A DNA stretch of 64,000 nt from Octopus sinensis (taxonomy: Eukaryota), in contig NC_042999.1 in the NCBI RefSeq assembly GCF_006345805.1, positions 94,116,001 through 94,180,000 on the forward strand, written 5' to 3'. Positions 1 to 13,039 of this stretch are shown here, one piece after another. Positions within the stretch are counted from its first letter, which is position 1. Each line of letters starts with the position of its first letter. The position numbers were made by a program, and so were the translations under genes. The notes under the pieces were generated by a model, which saw nothing but the letters and a program-made list of their open reading frames with translations, made no database searches and was not told the origin of the DNA.

Positions 1-1774
1 AGAACAATAAGCATGTTGTATTCTACAAATGCATAAATCGAGATCTTAAAAATTGCTGTCCTTTCTCTTAAATATTTTATTATATATCTAACTTGCATAC
101 ACTAAATTATGTGAAATAATATACCGAGAAATCAATTTGTTCAATAATTATGCTACATCACTATAATTTGTTTAGTCATAAGTTATAGAACATATTTAGA
201 AAATAATATTAAAACTGGACTTTGGATAGTCACCTGGGCGCTAAGAGATGCATAATGTGACAAAATCAATTTCTTATACATTATGTTGAGAATGTTGATT
301 TATGTTTATATCAATTAGCCGTCTGCCTTAACACTTTAGAGTCTGGCATTATTTACAGATATTAAATTGAGTTTGTACAAGTGGGTGTGCGAGTGCTGTG
401 CTTTTGAGTTTGTGTATGTATATACATATATAAAGGAATAGAGAGGAGAGAGGACACAGAGAGAAATAGATAGATATGCGCATACACACTCTCTCACTCA
501 CATATACACATATACATATTGGACAACATCTGTTTTTTACAGACTTGTCCATGTTACTATTCGAATGCGTTAACCATGAAAGTTATTCATCTGCAAGATT
601 AAATATGTTTTGAACATATAATTATATTTTCATGACTGGAATTAATTAATTAATTTACTACGTATTCTCTTACATAATCAATATTTAGTATTGGCCGTGT
701 GGAATAAATGAAGTTATAATTTACATGTATGTTTTACTTTACGTTTAATAATCTCAGTTTTCAATAATCAGAGTTTACAGTAATGGCATCTGAAGAAAGC
801 GGCCTCAATTATAATCCAGAAACCAACTGACATTCGCGTCAAAATTATTGCGTTTTAGTCCACCAGGGAATAAGAACCATATAATATGACTCACTGTTTG
901 TGTACCGCTACTTTATTGAAAACTAAGGATATATCAGTATATGCAGCACCATCAGTAGAATGTTTTTGTCTAACAAAATTTGTTCCATAGAATATCAATC
1001 ATATGCATGCTTCCATTGTTGCAATTGACGCGATCTGTTTCTGTGTTTTTTCCAGATTGCCATTATTCGAACATATTGTTAATGTTTCTATCATTCAGAA
1101 AGAGATAGATGCAATCAAACCAAGTGTTACGCATCGATTTTGTAATGTTATGCTGTTTAAAGAAGTGTTCGACTGAAACATGGGCAATTTTCATTTACCG
1201 AAGAGAAACAACATGAAAAAGTCTCATTCCAAAGAATACATAGCAACTCTGATGACAATATACAACGTACTGCCGCCTTGAAAATGCATATAACATGGAT
1301 GTTTCTGCAACTAGATTGTATGCAAGTAACAAAACAAAAACCATCATACATGGTGTTGAGAACAGTTACACACTTTTTCTTGCAGTTCAAAAATAGATAA
1401 TGAATCACATTTAAATCACAAAAAAAATTCAACTTAGAAACGAAATGACAAATTAGATAGTGTTGTACCACATATATCATGGAAGATTATGTTTGAAATA
1501 CTTCTGAACTGCTTCTTGATTAGAGGTGCAGAGGTCTGAAATGACAACAATTTAATCTCGACGGCAAAAGGAAAACGATACACAAGATGAAATATACGAT
1601 GTATACATATATATATATATATGTTTAAGTAGTTGAATGAATTATCCTAGTATGGATAATTCGGTTAACCGATAACCGGGTAGCAAATTTACGTCAGAAA
1701 GTACGGTTGGTGCTACATGCCAAGGGCAGAAACCAAGTGCTTTCGTGTGGAAATTTGTGTGTGTTTTTATTATA

Positions 1775-1972
1775 GATAAATGAAAGAATGGAGTCGAACG
1801 ACGATTTAACAAAATTCCTTTATTCTCGACATATGTTTCGAAGACTGCATATTCTTAATTCCGACTGCATATTCTTTATTCCTTCGGAATTAAGAATATG
1901 CATTCTTCGAAACATATGTCGAGAATAAAGACATTTTGTTAAATCGTCGTTTGACTCCATTCTTTCATTTAT

Positions 1973-1973
<1 letters not shown>
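1775..1973. repeat. Long near-perfect inverted repeat (fold-back), 90-bp arms and 19-bp spacer
   Basis: 1775-1864 (gataaatgaaagaatggagtc...taattccga) is the reverse complement of 1884-1973 with only a few mismatches; the spacer repeats part of the left arm. Confidence 0.95.
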
Positions 1974-1974
<1 letters not shown>

Positions 1975-2044
<70 letters not shown>

Positions 2045-2070
2045 GTGTGTGTGTGTGTGTGTGTGTGTGC
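1975..2070. repeat. Compound (TA)n-(TG)n microsatellite
   Basis: Read directly from the sequence. Confidence 0.95.
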
Positions 2071-3254
2071 TTATACGGAAATGAAGATGAAATGCTTCTA
2101 CTGCATCAGATACGAAGCTGAACCAAGCAATGTAAGAGAGAGAACCACACCGATATTTCTGTTTCTTTTATTTTGCTATTTCACTACGATATTTGCAGCA
2201 TGTTTTAAATGTAGTATCTCCGCAGGAAAACCCAATTTTCCTAGAGTAAATATTTACATTTTGCTGTAAATGAATGTGTACAAGGAAGATTTAGATGTTA
2301 TGCTACAGAACATTGTCTTAATACTAACAAGGTTTTTACAAAAACTGACAATACAAAGAAACAATCAGAAGAAATATACGCAAATCTTATTTTCATTATC
2401 TGTTGAGTTCCACATTAGATTAACCCACTGATCCATAAGCTTTTACAATACGGTATATTATAAATCCTGAATGTAAACTGTGATTACTTATAGCTTAAAT
2501 ATAGTAGAAAATTGCTTGTAGCATTACCTATCATTATAGCCAATGTGTACTTATCACTAATTTTACCAGAAACACTCGGGAATAGTTGGCAAGATAAACG
2601 TGATACTTCTATGTTTCTGTGAAGTCAGGCATTTGACAATCAAACAAACACAATGCATATTTTGTTAGCACAAGGAGTGTAGACAACACACAGTTTACTG
2701 TAGGATATATATGACTGACACATTCTTTGTATTTGTCAGCAACATATTGCTATCAAACACAGCATCGTAGTTATCAAAACTCTAAATTAGTTGAAAGGTT
2801 TTAACTCACTATCTGTGTTGTATACGATTCGTCCAACAATATTTATCGAATATAAATAGATTTACTCGCATAGGTTGTATTTATACATTTTACAGGATAC
2901 TATTTTTTTTTCTTTTAGACTATAATAAGTGTTTATTCCAGACATCCTTGAAATATTGATAAGCGGTTTAAAAATACAACTTGCTGATTGGCACGAAATC
3001 TTGCTCACAGATAACTGGAATGAAGCCCAGTAGTTTTGCAGAAATAGGAAAATGAAAATTATTGTGAGAGACTCAAATATATTCATTCAAACTATTATTG
3101 TATACTCCTCACTCTTCCATCGTATTTCATTATCTTATTACACTTAGCATACACATAAACACATACAGATGCGCTAACATACAATTAAACATTCACACAC
3201 GCATATATACACGTGTAATATATAAATACATATATGCATTATATATATATATAT

Positions 3255-3597
3255 AAAGGGTAAAGACCCCCTTCGGTCATGAATGACCATGGGATTGCAC
3301 CTAGAAAGTTACCCTCCTAGACACAAGTCCGGGCAAGGTTGTTTATGGAAGACCAGCAGTCGCCCATGCATACCAGCCTCCACTCTCCACGCCACCAGTG
3401 TTATCGAAGGGAAAGACAAAGGTCGATACAGCTTGGCACCAGTGACGTCGCAACTCATTTCTACAGCTGAGTGAACTGGAGCAACGTGAAATAAAGTGCC
3501 TTGCTCAGGAACACAACACGCAGCCCGGGCCGGGATTCGAGCTCACAACCTTACGATCGTAAGCTTGACGCTCTAAGCACTGAGCCACGCGCCTTCA
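3255..3597 (-). mobile_element. tRNA-derived SINE (family A)
   Basis: The minus strand starts gaaggcgcgtggctcagtgcttagagcg...ggttgtgagctcgaatcccggc (pol III A/B-box-like head), then gtgttcctgagcaaggcactttatttcacgttgctccag, a typical invertebrate SINE central domain; flanked by (TA)n. Confidence 0.85.
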
Positions 3598-3600
3598 TAT

Positions 3601-3638
<38 letters not shown>

Positions 3639-3693
3639 CATGCACATATATATATATATTATATATATAAAAATATATATATGCATGTATATA

Positions 3694-3724
<31 letters not shown>

Positions 3725-3784
3725 CATGCACATATATATATATATATATGCATACGCACATATATGAGCATACACACACCGATA

Positions 3785-3861
<77 letters not shown>

Positions 3862-3880
3862 CACACACACATTCACACGT
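3598..3880. repeat. Interrupted (TA)n microsatellite array
   Basis: Read directly; source of the spurious YIYI ORFs. Confidence 0.95.
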
Positions 3881-3889
3881 ATATATGCA

Positions 3890-4085
3890 AACTAGGGAAT
3901 CCTTCCTAGAGTAACTGCTGCATTTGTTGAATATATAAACAGTTTCACTGTTTGTTTCTCTGCAGATTGTCAAAGTGATCTGGACACCTCTGATGAGAAC
4001 CCAATAAGGTTCGAAAATCGATTAGATTGTTCATAATTTTTTTTCAGTCTGCGGAGAAATGGCTAAATTTTGCCCTATTTATAAT
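3890..4085 (+). mobile_element. Probable solo Penelope-like pLTR fragment with a minimal hammerhead motif
   Basis: CTGATGA (3990-3996), stem gaacc/ggttc, GAAA (4013-4016), palindromic atcgat; lies between two (TA)n arrays. Confidence 0.55.
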
Positions 4086-4097
4086 TATACCATATGC

Positions 4098-4146
<49 letters not shown>

Positions 4147-4169
4147 ATATAGATATTTATATATATATA

Positions 4170-5495
4170 GGTTTCGGCCAAGCTAGGTCCATGCCATGTC
4201 TAACTTCCTGCTGAAGTCTTTGATACCTATAGTGGTGGGGCATGGCCTAATCTAGCAAAGACATATTATTGTTGGAGACAATATCCAGGTGTAGGAGGTT
4301 CGTCAGGCATGTTTTGAAGAAATTTGTCCAGTAAACATCTCGATTTTATGAGACCCGCTTCCGTTTTGATGTATTTTGGTTTGATTTTAAAAAGGGCTGG
4401 ACCGGTTTGAGTTAAAGTAGTTGTGTCGTAATGTCGTTATGTGTTCTGAGTTCGATTTTTTGTAGTGGATGAATAGCACGAGGAGCGAGTTTTGGGTGGA
4501 TTTCAAAATTGATGCCGACAACATTTGTGCAATAATTATTGAATATTGTACGCATCGCACAAATTAAGTAGCGCTCCTAGCGGCGTTGGATAGAGTAGAG
4601 ACTGAGTTTTCTTTTAGTCAACTACAATAGCAACTCCCTGTCATACTGTCTATCTTTCTTGTTATTGACCTCTGGAGTGCTCCCACTTTCATATGTTGCT
4701 TTGTGTGGGGAGAGAACAGTAGGCAACATTATTAAAGTTGGGGTCGGGCAATTGGAGTAGAGAAAGATGAAGCTGTTGGCATCTCTAGACCGGAAAGTTC
4801 TCAGAAACAAGGATCACGTTTTGCGGACCAAGTGAACCTTGCTGTTTACGCGGGAACCCCAGCTTAGATTGTTATCAACAATTACCCCCAATGCCTCTGT
4901 TGTTGTTGGATGACGCTAGGGAGTCGCGAGGGAAGGGCATATGGCAGTTTCAGAGTATCCACTTTTCTAAAGTGGATCAAATTAAATTTATCTTCATTTA
5001 GAAGCATATTGTTCTTTTCCGCACATTAGAAAACAGTAGACAGATCCGATTGAAGGCATGTCCGGTCTTCCATACCGTTTAAGGCCATGAAACATTATGC
5101 TTGCTCAGTAGATGAAACACCTAAGGCAAGATACATATAAGGTCACCAAACTCTTTGATAAATATGTTGGGTGATGAACAAGAATTCTTCGAAGCATTAA
5201 CCAACACAATGGTACTGTTTTTGAGCTCATGTGATTGATCTTGGTACCAAGAGGAGATGACGACAATCCCAGAAAAAACTTATCTTAAAATGCGATTCCG
5301 ATCTTAAAGCAAGCACAAAATAAGGAAGATTTTCTTTTTTTTTATCTTTTATTTCTTTCTTTTTTTTTGCGAGAGAAAAGCGCTGGAAACGAAAGCGAGC
5401 AGTGTGACGCAATGAGGAAATGAATGGATTGTTAGGTACTATAAGCTGTTGAACAAAAAGGGAGAAATGACAGAGTACTAAGTGATCGGCATGGG
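4170..5495 (-). mobile_element. Degenerate CR1-group LINE 3' fragment
   Basis: The minus strand carries broken CR1 RT C-terminal motifs (FLRTFRSRD...PT...HKA) and ends in the family 3' terminus ...catggc...tggccgaaacc; (TA)n on both sides. Confidence 0.8.
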
Positions 5496-6614
5496 GGTGC
5501 ATATACATACGTACAGACATACATATATATATATATATATATATACAGGGGAGGGAGAAGTTGATCTTGAAATGCGCGCATCTGAAGGGGAAAGCGAGAC
5601 AAGTAAATATTTATATTAACACTCAGTAGTAAATTAGATAGATAAGTACGCAATTGTTTTATTTGCCATTCGTATAATATACTACAACATTTAATACGAT
5701 ATTAAATATCTCTATACAAAGACGATAGCAGAGAATCAACCAGAACCGAATGAGCTCCATTTGCAGTTATGTTATCACTTAGGGCTACATGGAACGTTTC
5801 CAGAAACATAGAATCAGCAATTGCTGTATTAACAGTAGCTGCCAACAGCTTTCTTTCCATTAATACATAACTATTTAATGTAATCGGATGTTGTATTAAT
5901 GTTGTCAATAATTATTACAGTAACAAGTAAGCGAGAACTTATATTCCTTTATTTCAGATATGATGCAGTCAGCCGGGCAATGCATACAGCATATTACATC
6001 TTGGAGATGGCATTATATTTGAGGAATGAATCATCGTTTCCTATATTTTTGATGCTGAATCTGAAGAAAATTTTTTATGCCTGACATGTGCATTAGAAAT
6101 GCATTATGTCAAAGTCACAAAATAATACATCCCAGTTATTCTGATACATGATTATGGGGTTTTTGAATACAAAAAGAAGTTAACAGCTAACAATGTGTGT
6201 GTGTGTGTGCAATAAATGTAGGTACGGATGAAAGAGAAATGGGCAGACAAATATATGACATTCAGGAAAAAATGTATAAGCTGTCATATATGCCAGATAA
6301 GATATTGATTTGTGTTGTCCTGGTGGGTCACTTAATGAAAAAAAATATTTTAAAAATATATTTCGGGAAATATGACATAATAAATAACTTTACCCATAGA
6401 TGTTATATACAATGGAATTGCGATGTAAGTAACAATGCGACAAACATGGGCGACACGATTGAATATAATAGTTAGTCTAGGTTCTAACCTACGCAAGGCT
6501 TACTTTTGAGGAATTGGTTACACACACACATATACTGATGCACATATTTCTTTTCCTTCTCTCTTCTTCTCTGTACACACACACACACGCACATATATAT
6601 ATATAACTTAGATT

Positions 6615-7595
6615 GGTTTCGGCCAGTATCGATCCAGGTCATGACTCACTCAATAGCACCATCTGGATAAATCTTTTAGTTAATTATTTCAGGATACCAT
6701 GGACCACTCAAGCAGAAAGTTCTTGTTAGTTGAGACGTATCCAAGTGTAGGTGGTTTATCAGGTATATTCTGGAGGAATTTGTCCAGGTGCCGTTTGTAA
6801 GTTGTGGGGTCTTTTCCTACTTTAATTTCTTTCAGGATAACATTGAAAAGAGCAGAACCATTTGCGGGAAAGGAATTGTGTCGTAATGTTCTTGTGCGAT
6901 GTGATTTCGACCTTTGTAGGGGACTCATTGCACGAGAGCCAAGTCTTGGGTGAGTTGTTAACATAGTACCGATATCATTTGAAAAATATTGGTGGAATAT
7001 TTTCCACATAATGCAAATAATGCATCGTTCACGGCGGCGCTGCAGAGAATCGTGTTCCAGCTAAATTGAGCCCAATAATTAAGTCCCATCATGCCGTTTA
7101 TTTTTTTAGGGATTGATCTTTGTGGCACTTCGTTCATCATTGTGTCTTCTTCTTTTTGTAGGTGAGGGTCGGAGCACAATGGGTAGCAATATTCGAGGTG
7201 GGGCCTAGCGAGTTTGGAGAAGTGAAAGATAATGGTTTCATGATTCTTAAATTGGAAAGTTCAGAGGATCCAATCCATAAGCACACTCTGCGGGCAACAT
7301 CGACATTTTTGTTGATGTGCACACTCCAGGTAAAGTTGCGGTCGACAGTAATACCTAGGTCCCTGATATTATCCGACGCTTCATGTAGGTCTCCCAACTG
7401 TAGTGAATGTGGTTGTTTGAGTGTGCCCTCTTTTGGATGGGTCCAAATTTTTCTTCGTTCAACTGCATATACTTTTTTTGTAACCGTTGAGTTACTCCGT
7501 GTAATTCCGATTGAAGCATCGTTCGATCATATAGTCCCTTAATGACATTCTGGAGCTTAGAGTAATCTCTAAATATTTTAATGCTGCTATATCCA
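6615..7595 (-). mobile_element. Degenerate CR1-group LINE 3' fragment
   Basis: ORF pieces IKIFRDYSKL, NIRDLGITVD, MWKIFHQY...HPRLG...LDKFLQNIPDKPPT are homologous to the RT C-terminus at 17945-18800; same 3' terminus tggccgaaacc. Confidence 0.85.
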
Positions 7596-7670
7596 ATGTA
7601 TATATATATATATGTGTGTGCGTGTGTGTGTGTGTGTATGTTTGTGTATGTATATATATATATATATATA

Positions 7671-8580
7671 TTGGTTGGTTGGCATCCTTTCTGTCTCGGG
7701 AGACAATGGAGTTGCGCATAAAGTAGTCTAGTCCGGCTTTTATATTTCATGTCCTGATACATTTCCTGCTGTGGCTGTGTAGTCCTATCCTGGACAAACA
7801 CTCCCTCTGGCAGGTACCGCAAATGTAGCGAAGACTGTTCCTGGCTGGTTTTTATGCCATAGTCTCTTGTTGACGTCTCTTCTTTTCTTTCCATTTCTCC
7901 TCTCTCTCTCTCTCTGTCACTCCTTTGTATTCCCTCTTTTACGGTACGTTGCCATTCTCCACGGTTGCCGGCAACTGCCTTCCAACCACTAATATTGATG
8001 TTGCAGGCCTTCATGTCCCTTTTGCATATATCCTTGTAACGTAAGATCGGTCTACCCACAGACCTAGTACCCCTAGCAAGCTCTCCGTAGAGTATGTCCT
8101 TGGGGATTCTGCCATACGGCTAACATGCCGAAGCCATCTCATACGTCTTTGTGTGAGGAGTGCAAACATGCTTGATATTCCTGCTTGCCTGAGGACATCT
8201 TTGTTGGGGATATGATTCTGCCATTTGATGCGGGGGATTTTTCGGAGGCAGCGCAGGTGAAAGATGTTTAGGCGACGCTCTTGGCGTGTGTATGGCGTCC
8301 AGGTCTCACTTCCATACAGTAGAATGCTGAGTACACATGCCTGGTAGATCTTCATTTTCGTGGTCTTGGTCAGCTTATTGTTGTCCCAAGCCCGTTTGGA
8401 GAGTTGGGCCATCGCAGCAGCTGCCTTGCCAATGCGTATATTGAGCTCAGCGTCAAGGGATAGGTTGTAGGTGACGGTAGAGCCCAGATAGGTAAACTTC
8501 TCCACCTCTTGTAATCTGTGGTCTCCAATATGTATGTTTGGGATGTCCGATGTAGCCTGGCCCATGATGTTGGTCTTCTT
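7671..8580 (-). mobile_element. 5'-truncated RTE-clade LINE (RT C-terminus and 3' UTR)
   Basis: VEKFTYLGS...RIGKAAAA...LLYGSETW...FHLRCLRKI...RRMRWL then GRPILRYKDICKRDMK, characteristic of the RTE clade, with one frameshift; (CCAA)n-like tail at 7671-7682; 5' end abuts (ATGT)n. Confidence 0.9.
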
Positions 8581-8668
8581 ATGTATGTATGTAATGTATG
8601 TATGTATGTATGTATGCATGTATGTATGTATGTATGTATGTATGTATGTATGTATGTATGTATGTATT
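8581..8668. repeat. (ATGT)n microsatellite
   Basis: Read directly. Confidence 0.95.
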
Positions 8669-8772
8669 CATGTATACGTAATGATGAGTAGATAGGGATA
8701 AATTATTCAGGCACGTACCATAAAAGATCCCAGGTATAGTCCGGATAATCGCATCCGGATTTACCCAGTGAA

Positions 8773-8790
8773 GTGTGTGTGTGTGTGTGA

Positions 8791-8855
<65 letters not shown>

Positions 8856-8885
8856 GTGTGTGTGTGTTTGTTTGTGTGTGTGTGT
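8773..8885. repeat. (GT)n microsatellite
   Basis: Read directly. Confidence 0.95.
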
Positions 8886-9269
8886 GATTAAGACGAGCTC
8901 GATTTTTTAAGAAGGTGTATTTTTTATGCATAGAAAATTAAATAACTCTAAAGAAACATTTGGGTATTATATTTCAACTGAATATATATTTTCGTAATCG
9001 TTCGGAAGATGAGTTTGACATAAATGAGATAATGTAAGTTAGAGATATGGATGGAAGCAAGGAAAAAAAGTCAGATTTTTAGTAATAGGTTTTCGCGTCT
9101 TGCGGCTAAAATAGCGTTGTTTTCTAGCATACGAACAGTTATATTTAACAGACCTGGATCTGGCTTCATTGATGTCTACCTTTTACATATTTCCATATTT
9201 AAAGCCATATGAGAATAATGAATATATATATACTAGGTTTAATCAATATTCTGGGATACTCGCATCCAG

Positions 9270-9510
9270 CAAAACTTTGAAAAATATCGCAGATGTGCGT
9301 ACCGCTATGAGGGTAAATCGTCGAATCACCACCTGTGAGTTGTCAGAGGATGTACAGATCAGTTACGATTCAGTTCAGTCCATCATAACAGAAGATTTGG
9401 GTATGGAACGCATGTCTGCCAAGTTTATGATAAAACCGATTTCAGCTGACCAAAAAGAGATTCGAGTTTCAGTTGCGTAAGATCTCGACTGTGTCGAGAA
9501 CGATGAAATC
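9270..9510 (+). mobile_element. Mariner transposase relic (second HTH region)
   Basis: KNIADVRTAMRVNRRITTCELSEDVQISYDSVQSIITEDLGMERMSAKF matches the mariner HTH and the xSAKWVP-like motif. Confidence 0.8.
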
Positions 9511-9519
9511 GTTTATGAA

Positions 9520-9772
9520 AACTTTTACGTAGGCCTCTGAGCAAGTATCGCTAAGCTTTTGGCAAAATTTGCTGTAGATTCTCTGCTCAACTTTCTCTGT
9601 CATGATCCACACCTTCCTTCCAAGCATTGTTGTTAACAGCAGAAGTGAGCTCGAACATTAAAACTTAGTGCGCATGCACAGCCGAGTTCAAGATCAATGA
9701 GTGCCAAGCAGATTTACTCAGCTTTGTTACAATGGCAACAGTCCGGACACCTATTTTATCATAATACGTATG
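9520..9772 (-). mobile_element. Mariner 5' end relic (TIR-like end and transposase N-terminus)
   Basis: The minus strand begins tacgtattatgataaaataggtgtccggac (mariner-like TIR) and encodes MTEKVEQRIYSKFCQKLSDTCSEAY, similar to mariner N-termini (EQRxxIKF). Confidence 0.7.
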
Positions 9773-10306
9773 CATCTCCCTATATATGTTACTGAATTAA
9801 TCACATTGAAATTCTACCCGCATTAAAAAAATGCGGTAATTTTAGCGGTATCTCTTCCGTCTTTACGCTCTGTGAATGTAACGAACACTAAAGATCGAAT
9901 TACAAGGAAATGGGGAAAATACAAGATTATCAAATTGATAAATATTACTCGATCATATTGGCAATTATAACAAACCACTGAGAAGATATTTCGGTTCTAT
10001 TAGTCACATTATTGTTAGCAATATTGAAAAAAAAATTCATTTCAGAAAGTACAAACTGCCTACAGAGAATTTGTGAATACGCTTAGCTCTTTGAGACAGT
10101 ATTACATTAACGTAAGTTATGAAATATTCATACTCGAATTGCATGATGAAGGAAGTTTTGAATTTGTCATTTAGTCTCTATTTTCTCCATTGAACTTTGT
10201 GAACGCCGAAGCTCGTGAAATGATTGGTTTAGCTTGCGTTTCTCATGGATAGAAGATGCGAATGTGCTACGTTTTTTAAGCATTTCAATACATATGAATA
10301 TATTAA

Positions 10307-10703
10307 GGCAGCGAGCTGGCACAAACTTTAGCACGCCAGGTGAAATGCTTAGCGGCATTTCATCTGCCGTTACGGTCTGAGTTCAAATTCCGCCGAGGTC
10401 GACTTTGCCTTTCATCCTTTCGGGGTCGATTAAATAAGTACCAGTTACGCACTGGGGTCGATATAATCGACTTAATCCGTTTGTCTGTCCTTGTTTGTCC
10501 TCTCTGTGTTTAACCGCTTGTGGGTAGTAAAGAAATAGGTATTTCATCTGCCTTTACAAACTGAGTTCAAATTCCGCCGAGGTAGACTTTGCTTTCCATC
10601 CTTTCGGGGTCCATAAAATAAGTACCAGTTGCGTACTGTGATCGATTTAACCAAATGGCCTCCTCTCCCACAACTTCGGGCCTTGTTCCTTGAGTAGAAA
10701 TGA
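10307..10703 (+). mobile_element. tRNA-derived SINE (family B), dimeric form
   Basis: ggcagcgagctggc...gagttcaaattccgccgaggtcgactttgcctttcatcctttcggggtcgat; this core occurs twice (about 10380-10450 and 10562-10630). Confidence 0.9.
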
Positions 10704-12184
10704 ATATACATGACAATATTTTAATATGTAAAAGTCCTATGTAATATCAATATCCAAATATGTAGCTATTATAGAAGGGGACCAATGCCTACTGTAACAC
10801 AACTACGTCGAATTAGTTTAATTGTTGTGGTGATTTGTCAGTAAAAATTGCGAATGCCCAGTGTATTCACTGTATATGTATGTGTAATTATCTAAACATC
10901 ATTAATATGATAATTATAATTATTTTTTGTTGTTGTTAATTCATTACTTTATTTGGGTAATCAGGATGCTCTTTTCTATTGGAAGACATTTAACGATTGA
11001 AACTTTTAGTTTATTAGTTTATGCACGGCTATTAGCTATAATTATGCGTTTCTTCTGGATATGAGCGGTCGTTACAATATTTAGTCTTTGGTGATTGTCG
11101 AATGGTTTTATCAGACGATACTCCCGTGTGAATTAAATATGAAGCTTATTAATTCGTTTCTTAACAATGGGAATTCTATTCCAAAATTCATCAATTATCA
11201 ACCTCATCAGGGATCAATAATATAATATAAAATGTATTTATCAAAAGCATCTTCGCATTTCTGTTGTGATTCTTTTTCTGGCTATCACATAAAGCCGTCT
11301 GAATTTCCCGTTCTAGTAATTCTGAAGGCTTCACAAAATGGAAATTCCGCTTGGTATTAATAGTGAAATATTAATCAAAGAAACAGCCTTTAAAATAACA
11401 ATATAACTGCTATGGAAGTATAATGAGTAATGTTAGACTATTATACATTGAATAGGACATCAATATCTGTAACTTTCCAAGCGTAATTGTTCTCTTAAAA
11501 GTACCAAATTGGCTAATAACAATAACAGTTAATAGATGCTTAGAAAATTGTATCTCATTGTCATGAAAGTCATATGATAAATGCTTATCAGAAATATTAG
11601 CATCAGCAAGTAATTATGAGACACCTAAACGTTTGTGTACAGCGACGTTATATTTTCTGTATTGCAGTGTGCTGTCCCTGTCGTTATGTACTCATTTGAC
11701 ATCTTTTTAAGCTACTATTAGAGACATGTTACATCGCCGTCCATGGTTTAATCCCCACGTACATATTTTAAATATTAAGAAATAGGGTGTTGATTATGTT
11801 CCTACAACCCAGTAAGCTCCGTAACTTAGGTTTATATATTCAGTTCGACTACTGAAAGGCATTGAAGGTTTGTACAAAATGAGCAACACACTGCATGCTT
11901 CCTTCCCCCAAATACTAAATATTTATTATATATATGTGTTGTTGCTAGATCTTGTGTCGTAACTGTCTCCAATGAATATTTCGTCCACCCCGACATCAGT
12001 TTTAGAATTTATGGAATCTAGTATTTAGGTCCCAAAATGAATAAAGCACTGTTGGATAAGAGACAAGTCGATAACGAACGTCTAGCAAGTGGTGTAAAAC
12101 CTATTTTACGTGCTATTATAGTTCATCACATAAAACGTATTCATCAGAAACATGCAAAAACACAGGAATGCGCATGTGTATATA

Positions 12185-12480
12185 TCTGTATGTATGTATG
12201 CATGTATGTATATGTTATTATTCAATTTTATTTGAACATTTCTTGCCAATAGTGAAAATGTTGGTTTCTAACCTAGATTCAAGGCTCCTTCATTAGATTT
12301 CAACAACATCAACAGGGTATTTTTGTATTTATGTTTTGTGGCGGGCACCCCCAGGTGAGAAGTGGGCCGGTCCACTAATAATAAATAGTGGACTGACACA
12401 GTCAGTAATGTCAATCAGTAAAGGTACGCCGTTTGGACCAGTGCCGCGGAGACAACGAAATACGTTGTCATAATGGGACA
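12185..12480 (-). repeat. Probable non-LTR element 3' end with (ACAT)n tail and a structured GC-rich segment
   Basis: The minus strand ends ...aaatctaatgaaggagccttgaatctaggttagaaacc...ttgaataataac(atac)n; local hairpins at 12370-12393, 12393-12405 and 12451-12469. Confidence 0.4.
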
Positions 12481-12713
12481 TTTCAATGCCGACTAAGATT
12501 CGTAGCTTATGAAGTGAAAAAAAGATTATGAAGGAAAAATCGCAGTGAAAAATATTAGAAATTCCGAAGTAGGATTTGAACTAACACAAAACTACATACA
12601 GTGAAAAGTGTATAAATTCCATTGAAAAATATTTTGAAGAAAAAATGTTTGATAAAGCTGGAACTCTAACACAGAACTAAACTACACGCAAGGAAAAATA
12701 ATATAGGTCCGTT

Positions 12714-12960
12714 TGAAGGATTTTAGTCGGGTTGCTATATTTAGTAGCACTACCAGTAATAATGTAAGGCTTGACACTATCTGCGGTATTTTGAAAAATG
12801 CTTCTGTGTAGGAAAAAAATAATAAGCCTGTTCGAAGGATTTGTGAGTCAGGTCGCCATATGTAGTACCGCTACCAGTAATAATGTAAGACTTGGTACTA
12901 CCTGCGACATTTTGAAAAAACTAAAAAAACTATAGATCTGTGTGGAACCAAAATAATGAT
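12714..12960. repeat. Diverged tandem duplication of about 120 bp
   Basis: gaaggattt...ctaccagtaataatgtaag...attttgaaaaa occurs at about 12714 and about 12834. Confidence 0.75.
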
Positions 12961-13039
12961 ACTGGTTCCGTGCGAAGGATTTAATAATTCTGTGTGGAAC
13001 AAAATATATTTCTGGTTTGAAGAAAAAAATGATAAAGAT

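Noticed and set aside
786-830. CTGAAGA...GAAACC hammerhead-like spacing (also 59805-59830)
   Set aside because: No convincing stem II or stem I, or no intact core
1040-1400. Possible plus-strand exons after polypyrimidine-AG sites (also near 5958, 11667 and 63230)
   Set aside because: Frames close early or give unrecognisable peptides; not supportable without RNA data
3480-3597. tRNA-like sequences (also 36130-36210 and the family B SINE heads)
   Set aside because: SINE heads followed by SINE bodies; no complete cloverleaf
12340-12470. HDV-like ribozyme on the minus strand (ccca-cttctcacc-tggg resembles P3-L3)
   Set aside because: No GG for P1.1 after P1 and no P2 pairing found; more simply a structured 3' UTR of a retroelement
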